Part shown: in pieces, positions 1-8,207 of the stretch | Numbering within the stretch: the stretch's first letter is position 1 | Layout: each line of letters starts with the position of its first letter | Assembly: GCA_965203445.1 (NCBI GenBank) | Contig: OZ241883.1 | Span: 1,664,001-1,728,000, forward strand | Length of the DNA: 64,000 nucleotides | Direction of reading: 5' to 3' | From: Candidatus Oxydemutator sp. | GTDB lineage: Bacteria; Pseudomonadota; Gammaproteobacteria; Poriferisulfidales; Oxydemutatoraceae | The notes under the pieces: generated by a model | Seen by the model: the letters and a program-made list of their open reading frames with translations, nothing else | Told to the model about the DNA's origin: nothing | Database searches by the model: none | Position numbers and translations under genes: made by a program

Positions 1-57
1 GGCAAGTGCTACCATAGCGGTTTCGTTTTCGATGATCTCCTACCTCCGGATTATTCC

Positions 58-945
58 ATGAGCGCGAACGGCGGCAAAGTGCGCAAGGCCGTGTTTCCGG
101 TGGCTGGCCTGGGCAGCCGGTTTTTGCCGGTGACCAAGTCCAGCCCGAAGGAAATGCTGCCGATCGTGGACAAGCCGCTGATTCAGTACGCGGTCGAGGA
201 AGCGATCGCGGCCGGCATCGAAGTGCTGATCTTCGTCAACAGCAAGAGCAAGAGAAGCATCGAGGATTATTTCGACGACGCGCGCGAGCTGCGCGAACAC
301 CTGAGGGACAAGAACAAGCCCGAGCTGCTGGACAAAATCGCCGCCATCGTCCCGCCCGAGGCGTCGTGCGTAAATCTGCGCCAGCCGCACGCGAGCGGTT
401 TGGGCGACGCGGTGCTGTGCGCCGAGTCGGTGATCCACGACGAGCCTTTTGCGGTGCTGCTGGCGGACGATCTGCTGCGCGCCGAGGGGCCTGGTTGTCT
501 GGAGCAGTTGTTGCGCGTCTATGCGGACACGCGCGGCACGGTGCTGGCGCTGGAGGAAGTCGCCACCGATGCGACCGACCACTACGGCGTCATCGGCGGG
601 ACGCGCGCCGGCGACGGCCTGTGGCGCGTCGAGCGGTTGGTCGAGAAGCCGCGCCCGGCCGAGGCGCCGAGCCGCATGGCCGTCATCGGCCGCTACGTGT
701 TGCAGCCCGAGGTGTTCGATCACCTGAAGAACGTGCCGCCCGGCGTCGGCGGCGAGTTGCAGCTGACCGACGCGATCGCGAGACAGATAGGCTCGCAGCC
801 GGTGCACGGCCTGGTCTATCGCGGGCGGCGCTACGATTGCGGCGACAAGCTCGGCTACCTGCGCGCCAACGTCGAGTACGCGCTCGAGCACCCCGACGTC
901 GGCGACGATTTCCGCGCCTATCTGGCGAGTCTCGGGCGCGTTTAG
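58..945 (+). CDS. galU: UTP--glucose-1-phosphate uridylyltransferase
   Basis: KAVFPVAGLGSRFLPVTK..PKEMLPIVDKPLIQY, VEKP and GELQLTDAI motifs. Confidence 0.96.
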   Translation: MSANGGKVRKAVFPVAGLGSRFLPVTKSSPKEMLPIVDKPLIQYAVEEAIAAGIEVLIFVNSKSKRSIEDYFDDARELREHLRDKNKPELLDKIAAIVPPEASCVNLRQPHASGLGDAVLCAESVIHDEPFAVLLADDLLRAEGPGCLEQLLRVYADTRGTVLALEEVATDATDHYGVIGGTRAGDGLWRVERLVEKPRPAEAPSRMAVIGRYVLQPEVFDHLKNVPPGVGGELQLTDAIARQIGSQPVHGLVYRGRRYDCGDKLGYLRANVEYALEHPDVGDDFRAYLASLGRV

Positions 946-2804
946 GCGCGCGCCAGGAAGGCGCCGACGTTGCGGCTTATGCCGGCGGCGTCGAGTTGCG
1001 CCTCCGCCAGCTGCTGCTCGCGCGTGCCGTGCTCCTGAAAACGGTCCGGCAGCCCCAGATGCAGCACCTTGGCCGCGACGCCGGCGCGCGCCAGGCACTC
1101 GCTGACGGCGCCGCCGGCGCCGCCGTGCACCGTGTTGTCCTCGATGGTGACCAGGTGCCGATGGGTGGCCGCGACCTCGCGCAGCAGCGTCTCGTCCAAC
1201 GGCTTGACGAAGCGCATGTCCACGACGGTCGCGTCCCATTCCGCGGCCGCCGCCAACGCCGTCGCCACCGGGCTGCCGAAGCCGAGCAGCGCGACGTCGC
1301 GCCCGTGGCGCAGCGTCTTCGCCTTGCCGACGGCGATCGTGTCGAGATCGTCGCCGGGCGCGACGCCGGCGCCCGTGCCGCGCGGGTAGCGCACCGCGGC
1401 CGGCGCCTCGAGGGCCAGCGCGGTGGACAGCATGCGTCGCGTCGCGCGCTCGTCCATCGGCGTCATCACGACGACGTTCGGGAGGCAGCGCAGGTAGCTC
1501 AGGTCGAAGGCGCCGGCGTGGGTCGGGCCGTCGCCGCCGACGACGCCGGCGCGGTCTATCGCGAGCACGACCGGCAGCCCTTGCAGCGCGACGTCGTGTA
1601 TCAGCTGATCGTAGCCGCGCTGCAGAAAGGTGGAGTAGATCGCGACCACCGGGCGCAGGCCGGCGCAGGCCAGGCCCGCCGCCAGCGTCAGCGCGTGCTG
1701 CTCGGCGATGCCCACGTCGAAATACCGTCCCGGAAAACGCCGCTCGAACTCGACCAGCCCGGAACCTTCGCGCATCGCCGGCGTGATCGCGACTACGCGC
1801 GGGTCGCGCGCGGCCACGTCGCAGATCCAGCGCCCGAACACGCCGCTGTAGGTCGGTGCGTCGTCGGGTCGCGGTTCGCGCTTGCGCACGCCCGCTTTGG
1901 GCTCGAAGTTCGGCACCGCGTGGTAGCCGACCGGGTCGGCCTCGGCGCGCGCGTAGCCCTGGCCCTTGCGGGTGACGACGTGGAGCAGGCGCGGGCGCCG
2001 CATCTGCCTCATGTTCTCGAGCGTCTTCACCAGCGCCACGACGTTGTGGCCGTCCACCGGCCCGTAGTAGTGGACGTTGAGCTCCTCGAACAGCGTGCCC
2101 GGTACGATCAGGCCCTTGATGTGCTCCTTGGTGCGCCTTGCGAACTCGCTCACCGGCGGCAGCGGGCCCAGCAGCCTCTTGCCGCCGGCGACGACCTGGG
2201 TGTAGGCGCGACTCGACAGGATGCGCGTCAGATAGTTGCTCATCGCGCCGACGTTGGGCGAGATCGACATCTCGTTGTCGTTGAGCACGATCAGCACGTC
2301 GTCCTGGAGCGCGCCGAGATGGTTCATGGCCTCGTAGGCGAGGCCCGCGGTCATGCCGCCGTCGCCGATGATCGCGACCGCCTTGCGCCGCTCGCCCAGC
2401 AGGCGCAGGCCCGCGGCGACGCCGGTCGCGGCGCTGATCGAGGTGCTCGAGTGACCGACGCCGAAGACGTCGTACTCGCTTTCGGCGCGCGCCGGGAACG
2501 GCGCCAGGCCGCCTCGTTTGCGGATGCTCCCGAGCGCGCGCTTGCGTCCGGTCAGGATCTTGTGCGGATAACACTGGTGGCCCACGTCCCACACCAGCGC
2601 GTCGCGCGGGGCGTCGAACACGTAGTGCAGCGCCACCGTCAGCTCGACCGCGCCCAGGCCGGCCGCGAAATGTCCGCCGCTGCGCGCCACCGAATGCACC
2701 AGGTAGTCGCGCAGCTCGGCGCACAGGCGCGGCAGCTGCTCGCGCCGCAGCCGTTTCAGGTCGTGCGGATAGTCAATCGAATCGAGCAGCCGTGCGGTCG
2801 TCAT
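942..2804 (-). CDS. dxs: 1-deoxy-D-xylulose-5-phosphate synthase
   Basis: GGHFAAGLG, WDVGHQCYPHKILTGR, GDG..NDN TPP motif, GIAEQH, DRAG; start taken at MTTARLL (2804); follows ispA. Confidence 0.96.
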   Translation of the reverse strand: MTTARLLDSIDYPHDLKRLRREQLPRLCAELRDYLVHSVARSGGHFAAGLGAVELTVALHYVFDAPRDALVWDVGHQCYPHKILTGRKRALGSIRKRGGLAPFPARAESEYDVFGVGHSSTSISAATGVAAGLRLLGERRKAVAIIGDGGMTAGLAYEAMNHLGALQDDVLIVLNDNEMSISPNVGAMSNYLTRILSSRAYTQVVAGGKRLLGPLPPVSEFARRTKEHIKGLIVPGTLFEELNVHYYGPVDGHNVVALVKTLENMRQMRRPRLLHVVTRKGQGYARAEADPVGYHAVPNFEPKAGVRKREPRPDDAPTYSGVFGRWICDVAARDPRVVAITPAMREGSGLVEFERRFPGRYFDVGIAEQHALTLAAGLACAGLRPVVAIYSTFLQRGYDQLIHDVALQGLPVVLAIDRAGVVGGDGPTHAGAFDLSYLRCLPNVVVMTPMDERATRRMLSTALALEAPAAVRYPRGTGAGVAPGDDLDTIAVGKAKTLRHGRDVALLGFGSPVATALAAAAEWDATVVDMRFVKPLDETLLREVAATHRHLVTIEDNTVHGGAGGAVSECLARAGVAAKVLHLGLPDRFQEHGTREQQLAEAQLDAAGISRNVGAFLARA

Positions 2805-2844
2805 TGTTCGGAAAAATGGCCGGGCAGCGTCGCGTCCGCGCGCG

Positions 2845-3726
2845 TCACGAGTCCCTCTCGGCGATGTAGCGCGTAAGGCGCCGCAAGGTATCGGCGCCGG
2901 TGCCGGTGCGTTCGAGCCGTCGCAGGCAGCGCGCGCCGAGCGCCGCCGCCGCGCGGCGCGCGCCGTCGACGCCGAGCACCGACGCATAGGTCGGCTTGCC
3001 GTTGCGCTGGTCCGAACCGCGCCGCCTGCCGAGGGCCGCGGTCGCGGTGTCGACGTCTATCAGATCGTCGCGGATCTGAAAGCACAGGCCGATGTCCGAG
3101 GCGTAGCCGCGCAGGCCGTCGCGCGTCTCTTGCGGCGCGCCGCCGCAGGCGAGCGTCATCGTCACGCACGCCGCCATCAGCGTGCCGGTCTTCAACCGAT
3201 GGATGTGCTCGACGTGGGCGACGTCGGCGGTCGAGCCGGTGGCCGCCACGTCCAGCGCCTGGCCGGCGGCCATGCCCGCCGGCCCGGCGGTGCCCGCCAG
3301 TATGCCGATGGCTTCTACTTTTTGCGTCGCGTCCAGGCACGGGTCGCGCGCCAGGCGCTCGAACGCCAGCGCCTGCATCGCGTCGCCGGCCAGGATGGCC
3401 ACGGCCTCGCCGAACGCCTTGTGGCACGCCGGCTTGCCGCGTCTTATATCGTCGTCGTCCATCGCCGGCAGGTCGTCGTGGATCAGCGAATAGCAGTGCA
3501 TCAATTCGATCGCGCAGGCCACGGCGTCGACGCGCGCGAAGTCCAGACCGATGGCCAGCGCCGTCGCGTACGTCAACGCCGGACGGATTCTCTTGCCTTC
3601 GCCGGTGCTCGCGTAGCGTATCGCTTGCGTCAGATCGCCGGCGGAGTATCTCTCGAGCTGTCTGCCGATGTCGCCGTCGACGCGGCTGGCGCAGTCCGTC
3701 AGAAAGGCGCCGACCTCAGGCGTCAT
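2845..3726 (-). CDS. ispA: Farnesyl diphosphate synthase (geranyltranstransferase)
   Basis: GKRIRP, SLIHDDLPAMDDDDIRRGKP, FQIRDD; xseB-ispA-dxs order. Confidence 0.94.
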   Translation of the reverse strand: MTPEVGAFLTDCASRVDGDIGRQLERYSAGDLTQAIRYASTGEGKRIRPALTYATALAIGLDFARVDAVACAIELMHCYSLIHDDLPAMDDDDIRRGKPACHKAFGEAVAILAGDAMQALAFERLARDPCLDATQKVEAIGILAGTAGPAGMAAGQALDVAATGSTADVAHVEHIHRLKTGTLMAACVTMTLACGGAPQETRDGLRGYASDIGLCFQIRDDLIDVDTATAALGRRRGSDQRNGKPTYASVLGVDGARRAAAALGARCLRRLERTGTGADTLRRLTRYIAERDS

Positions 3727-3961
3727 GTTCGCCGTTTTGTTCGAGATCTTGCAGCGCCAGGCGCCCGTTTTTCTCCATCAGCACCTGCACGCGCTTGTCG
3801 GCGCGCGCGAGCGCGTCGCGGCAGTCCTTGACCAGCGCCACGCCGCGCTCGAACTGCTCGAGCGCCTGCTCCAGCGTCAGCTCGCCCGCCTCCAGGCGCG
3901 CGACGATTTGCTCCAGTTCGGCGACGGCTTGCTCGAAGTCCGGTTTGCTTTTTTGTGCCAC
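3716..3961 (-). CDS. xseB: Exodeoxyribonuclease VII small subunit
   Basis: FEQAVAELEQIVARLEAGELTLEQALEQFERGV; synteny with ispA. Confidence 0.94.
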   Translation of the reverse strand: MAQKSKPDFEQAVAELEQIVARLEAGELTLEQALEQFERGVALVKDCRDALARADKRVQVLMEKNGRLALQDLEQNGEHDA

Positions 3962-4103
3962 GTTATCGAAATTCTATTGTTTCGATGAGGATAACCCATT
4001 GATCGGCGTATTGTCAGTTCGCCGCCGAAAGCATATCATGTAAGGGGCGCGCGCGGCACAGGGGGTGCCGCCCGTCCCGTACTAGTTACCCAAGGGAGGA
4101 GAC

Positions 4104-4526
4104 ATGGCAGCACTAAAAGGCAGCAGCACCGAAAAGAACCTGAAGGATGCCTTCGCCGGCGAATCGCAGGCCAACCGCAGGTACTTGTATTTTGCCGCCA
4201 AGGCCGACGTCGAGGGCTACAACGACGTGTCCGCGGTGTTTCGCTCGACCGCGGAGGGCGAGACCGGTCACGCCCACGGCCACCTCGAGTATCTCGAGGA
4301 GTGCGGCGATCCGGCCACCGATCTGCCGATCGGCGGCACCGCCGACAACCTGAAAGCGGCGATAGCGGGCGAGACGCACGAGTACACCGACATGTATCCG
4401 GGCATGGCCAGGACCGCCCGCGACGAGGGTTTCGAGGAAGTCGCCGACTGGTTCGAGACGCTGGCCAAGGCCGAGCGTTCCCACGCGAACCGTTTCCAGA
4501 AAGCGCTCGACTCGCTCGACGGTTGA
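4104..4526 (+). CDS. Rubrerythrin (short type, no rubredoxin domain)
   Basis: AFAGESQANRRYLYFA, EGETGHAHGH, GETHEYTDMYP, AERSHA; GGAGG RBS. Confidence 0.92.
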   Translation: MAALKGSSTEKNLKDAFAGESQANRRYLYFAAKADVEGYNDVSAVFRSTAEGETGHAHGHLEYLEECGDPATDLPIGGTADNLKAAIAGETHEYTDMYPGMARTARDEGFEEVADWFETLAKAERSHANRFQKALDSLDG

Positions 4527-4590
4527 CGTTGCCAGCGGGCGGCGCGCAACGCGCCGCCCGCCCGCGACCGACCCGCCACACCAACGTCCG

Positions 4591-5931
4591 ATGGCGTCGC
4601 CTCCCGAACGGGAAGGAAGCTGCAAGGCGCCGACGCGCCACCCGATAGCTTGGCGCGACCCCGATTATTACGACGAGCAGGCGCTCAACCGCGAGCTGGC
4701 GAGAGTCTTCGACGTCTGTCACGGCTGCCGCCGCTGCGTCAACCTGTGCGGCGCGTTCCCGACCTTGTTCGACCTCGTTGATGAATCGCAGACGATGGAG
4801 GTGGACGGCGTCGCCGCCGAGGACTACGTCAAGGTCGTGGACCACTGCTATCTGTGCGACCTGTGTTTCATGAGCAAATGCCCGTACGTGCCGCCGCACG
4901 AGTGGAACGTGGATTTTCCGCACCTGATGCTGCGCGCGAAGGCGGTCAAGTTCCGCGGCGGGCGCGCGCCCTGGCGCGACCGCGTGATGACCTCGACCGA
5001 CGCCGTCGGCAGGCTGGCCGCGATCCCGGTCGTCCACCGCGCCGTCAACGCGGCGCTCGCCAACGAGACGGTGCGCGCCGGCCTCGAGCGCGGCTTGGGC
5101 GTCTCGGCCAAGGCGCGTCTGCCGCGCTACCGGGCGAAGCCGCTCTCGGCGGAGCTGGCGAAGCGCGCGCCGCCGCCGCCGCGGGCGCGACCGGCGGGCG
5201 CCACCTCGGGCAAGGTCGCGCTGTTTGTGACCTGCTACTGCGACTACAACGAGGCCGACGCGGCCAACGACCTGCTGGCGGTGTTCGAGCACAACGGTAT
5301 CGCGTGCACGCCGCTGAGCGACGCGCGTTGCTGCGGTATGCCCAAGCTCGAGCTGGGCGATCTCGACGCCGTGTGCGCGATGAAGGAAGCCAACGCGCCG
5401 TTGCTTGCCGACCACGTCGCGCGCGGCTACGACGTGGTTGCGCCGGTGCCGTCGTGCACGCTGATGTTCCGCCAGGAACTGCCGTTGATGTTTCCCGAGG
5501 ACGAGGACCTGCGGGCGCTCGCCGGGCGTATTTTCGATCCGTGCGAGTACTTGTGGCTGCGCTACAAGAGCGACGCGCTGAACCTCGATTTCAAGCAGCC
5601 GCTGGGGCGGGTGCTTTACCACGCCGCCTGTCACCAGCGCGTGCAGAACGTCGGCCCGAAGACGCGCGATCTGCTGTCGCTGGTGCCGGACACCGAGGTC
5701 GAGACCGTCGAGCGCTGCTCCGGGCACGACGGCGTCTATGCGATGCGCGCCGAGGCGCGCGCGACGGCGCTCAAGATCGCGCGCCCGGTCGCGCGCAAGC
5801 TCGACGCCGCGCACCCGGATTATTTCACCAGCGATTGCGCGTTGGCCGGCCACCACGTCGCCGACGTCGCCGCCGGCGAGTTTCGCGCGCGCGCTCCCTT
5901 GAGCCTGTTGCGCGTCGCCTACGCGATCTGA
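4591..5931 (+). CDS. Rubrerythrin-associated Fe-S oxidoreductase (GlpC/HdrD-like, CCG domains)
   Basis: CHGCRRCVNLC, CYLCDLC..KCPY, CCGMP, CSGH motifs. Confidence 0.88.
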   Translation: MASPPEREGSCKAPTRHPIAWRDPDYYDEQALNRELARVFDVCHGCRRCVNLCGAFPTLFDLVDESQTMEVDGVAAEDYVKVVDHCYLCDLCFMSKCPYVPPHEWNVDFPHLMLRAKAVKFRGGRAPWRDRVMTSTDAVGRLAAIPVVHRAVNAALANETVRAGLERGLGVSAKARLPRYRAKPLSAELAKRAPPPPRARPAGATSGKVALFVTCYCDYNEADAANDLLAVFEHNGIACTPLSDARCCGMPKLELGDLDAVCAMKEANAPLLADHVARGYDVVAPVPSCTLMFRQELPLMFPEDEDLRALAGRIFDPCEYLWLRYKSDALNLDFKQPLGRVLYHAACHQRVQNVGPKTRDLLSLVPDTEVETVERCSGHDGVYAMRAEARATALKIARPVARKLDAAHPDYFTSDCALAGHHVADVAAGEFRARAPLSLLRVAYAI

Positions 5932-5939
5932 CGTCGGCG

Positions 5940-6521
5940 ATGCGCAAGCTGCGGCGCTTGGATCTGCACGGTCTCGAGGAATACGCCGCCGCGCGCGACG
6001 AGTTTCGCGCGCGCGTCATCGCCCACAAGAAGCACCGCGTCGTCGCCGTCGGCGATCACGTGACGCTGCATTTCGAGGATCGTCTTACGATGCACTACCA
6101 GGTGCAGGAGATGCTGCGCGCCGAGAAAATTTTCGAGGCCGCGGCCATCGAGGAGGAGCTCGCCGCCTACAATCCGCTGATACCCGACGGCGCCAACTGG
6201 AAGGCGACGATGATGATCGAGTATCCCGACCGCGCGCACCGCGTCGCGCGTCTGCGCGCGCTGGTCGGCATAGACCGCGCCACCTGGATGCGCGTCGGGA
6301 AACACGCGGCGGTGGCGGCCATATCGAACGAGGACCTGGAGCGCGAGACGCCGGACAAGACGTCCGCGGTGCACTTTCTGCGTTTCGAGCTGACGCCCGA
6401 AATGGTCGCCGACGCCAGGCAGGGCGCCGCCATCGAGGCCGGCGTCTCGCACGCAAACTACACGGCGACGACGCGCTTGAGCGCGGCGGCGTGCCGGTCG
6501 CTGGCGGCCGATCTGGAATAA
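5940..6521 (+). CDS. DUF3501 family protein
   Basis: LHFEDRLTMHYQVQEMLRAE, YNPLIP, KTSAVHFLRF; third gene of the rubrerythrin operon; ATG at 5940. Confidence 0.85.
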   Translation: MRKLRRLDLHGLEEYAAARDEFRARVIAHKKHRVVAVGDHVTLHFEDRLTMHYQVQEMLRAEKIFEAAAIEEELAAYNPLIPDGANWKATMMIEYPDRAHRVARLRALVGIDRATWMRVGKHAAVAAISNEDLERETPDKTSAVHFLRFELTPEMVADARQGAAIEAGVSHANYTATTRLSAAACRSLAADLE

Positions 6522-6522
6522 C

Positions 6523-6551
6523 GAACCCCTCTCCCTCTGGGAAAGGGGTTC
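6523..6551. repeat. CCCTCTCC..GGAGAGGG-type palindromic intergenic repeat (REP-like, possible terminator)
   Basis: gaacccctctccc-tct-gggaaaggggttc; related hairpins near 7312-7337, 48831-48849, 49636-49658, 55162-55180, 55228-55248 and 56132-56150. Confidence 0.6.
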
Positions 6552-6615
6552 AGGGGGAGCTTGCCACGGGCCACGTGGCGCTTGTTCTTGCCCTTGCTTT
6601 CAGCCGACAACGCCT

Positions 6616-7182
6616 TCAGCCGGCAATGGGCGTGCCGAAAAACGCCGCGAACAGCGCCACGATGATGGCGACCGTCGAAAAGCCCATGGAAAACGCCATG
6701 TACTTCAGGTTCGTGCCCAGCTTCTCGGTGAGCTCGCCCCGGAGAAGCGCTATTTGCGCGTTGGTACGTTCCACTTGCGCGTCGTGGGAAGCTTTGAGTT
6801 CGACCAAGCCGGCCTTGACTTCCAAAATCTGCGCCCTCAGATCGGCCAGTTCATTCCTGGTCGCCGTATGCTGCGCGTCAACGTGCGCCCTCAGATCGGC
6901 CAGTTCATTCCTGATCGCCGTATGCTGCGCGTCGACGTGCGCTCTCAGTTCGGCCAGTTCGGCCTTGGTCGCCATATGGGTCGCCACGTGCTGCCTGAGA
7001 TCGGCCAATTCGGCCCTGATCGCCAGCAGCTGCGCGTCGACTTCGGCCTTGGTCGCCAGATGCTGTACAGCCTCGGCAACCGAATCGCGCACCAGTTTTG
7101 TCAGGGCCTCGGCCTGCCTTCGGCTCATGCCGGTGCTCTCCAGGTTATGAACGTTGTCTATCACGTTGCTTGTCTGGCGCAT
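6616..7182 (-). CDS. CCDC90/DUF1640-like coiled-coil membrane-anchored protein, paralog A
   Basis: Head LESTGMSRRQAEAL, repeated (L/M)ATKAE motifs, 18-aa repeats, C-terminal TM helix; GGAGG RBS before ATG 7182. Confidence 0.72.
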   Translation of the reverse strand: MRQTSNVIDNVHNLESTGMSRRQAEALTKLVRDSVAEAVQHLATKAEVDAQLLAIRAELADLRQHVATHMATKAELAELRAHVDAQHTAIRNELADLRAHVDAQHTATRNELADLRAQILEVKAGLVELKASHDAQVERTNAQIALLRGELTEKLGTNLKYMAFSMGFSTVAIIVALFAAFFGTPIAG

Positions 7183-7352
7183 CGCCGTTCCTCCTTTTCG
7201 GATTGAAAAGGATCGTTGTAACGCGCCTCCAGAGCATAGCAGGGATTTATCAGATAAGCGGTGCCATATGGCCGACAAATGACTTTTTCCGACGAACGGT
7301 ACTCATGGAAGTTCCCCTCGCATGACGGGAGAGGGTGGCCGCAGCCTTGCTT

Positions 7353-8207
7353 TTACGGGGATGCCGGCGGTGCTGGCGGCGGGCGCGGCGGCGGCGCGTC
7401 GTAGATGATGTTTTTTTCGCCGTGGTAGGCGAGGAAGGATTTTCCCCTGGCGCGCGCGATCATCGTGACGTTCAGGTCGCGCGCGAACTCCAGCCCCAGA
7501 TGGGTGATACCCGAGCGCGACAGCAGCACCGGTATGCCCATGTGCGCGGTCTTCATCACGATCTCCGACGTCAGCCGCCCGGTGGTGTAGAAGATCTTGT
7601 CGCCGCCGTCCACGCCTTCGAGCCACATCATGCCGGCGATTGCGTCGGCGGCGTTGTGGCGCCCGACGTCCTCGACGAAGGTCAGCACCTCGGCGCCGGC
7701 GCACAGCGCGCAGCCGTGCACCGCGCCGGCGCGCTTGTAGATCTCGTTGTGGCGCGCGATGGCGCGCAGCAGCTCGTAGATCACGTTCTGGCGTAGCGTT
7801 ACGTCCGGCAGACGCCGATCGTAGAGCTTGTCCAGGGTGCAGCTGAAAATCGTGCCCTGGCCGCAGCCGCTGGTGACGGTGCGCCGCGCCAGCTTCTCCC
7901 GCCAGTCGCCGGCGGCGCGCCCCGGACGCAGGCGCACTTCCACGGCCTCCCGATCCCAGTCGACCGCGACCGATTCGATGGCCTCGACGTCGTCCACCAG
8001 GCGCTGGTTGCGCAGGTAGCCGACCGCCAGTTCCTCGGGGAAGGTTCCGAGCGTCATCAGCGTCACCAGTTCGCGCCCGTCCACGATCAGCGTCAGCGGC
8101 GATTCGCCGGCGACGTGTACCGTGCGCGCGTCGCCCCACTGGTCGCGCGCCTCGATCGAAAACGTCGGCGACAGCCGCTTGCGCGTCATGGACGGGCGCC
8201 GCGTCAT
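7353..8207 (-). CDS. fdhD: Formate dehydrogenase accessory sulfurtransferase
   Basis: TSGCGQG, GAVHGCAL, EDVGRHNAAD, TTGRLTSEIV; ATGA overlap with the upstream gene. Confidence 0.9.
   Translation of the reverse strand: MTRRPSMTRKRLSPTFSIEARDQWGDARTVHVAGESPLTLIVDGRELVTLMTLGTFPEELAVGYLRNQRLVDDVEAIESVAVDWDREAVEVRLRPGRAAGDWREKLARRTVTSGCGQGTIFSCTLDKLYDRRLPDVTLRQNVIYELLRAIARHNEIYKRAGAVHGCALCAGAEVLTFVEDVGRHNAADAIAGMMWLEGVDGGDKIFYTTGRLTSEIVMKTAHMGIPVLLSRSGITHLGLEFARDLNVTMIARARGKSFLAYHGEKNIIYDAPPPRPPPAPPASP

Noticed and set aside
40-2876. Long alternative-frame ORFs (40-2724, 366-2876 and many similar across the window)
   Set aside because: Arg/Ala/Gly-rich shadow ORFs typical of high-GC DNA, overlapping well-supported genes.
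3984-4004. Possible Fur/PerR box upstream of rubrerythrin
   Set aside because: Only about 11/19 match to the Fur consensus and poor symmetry.
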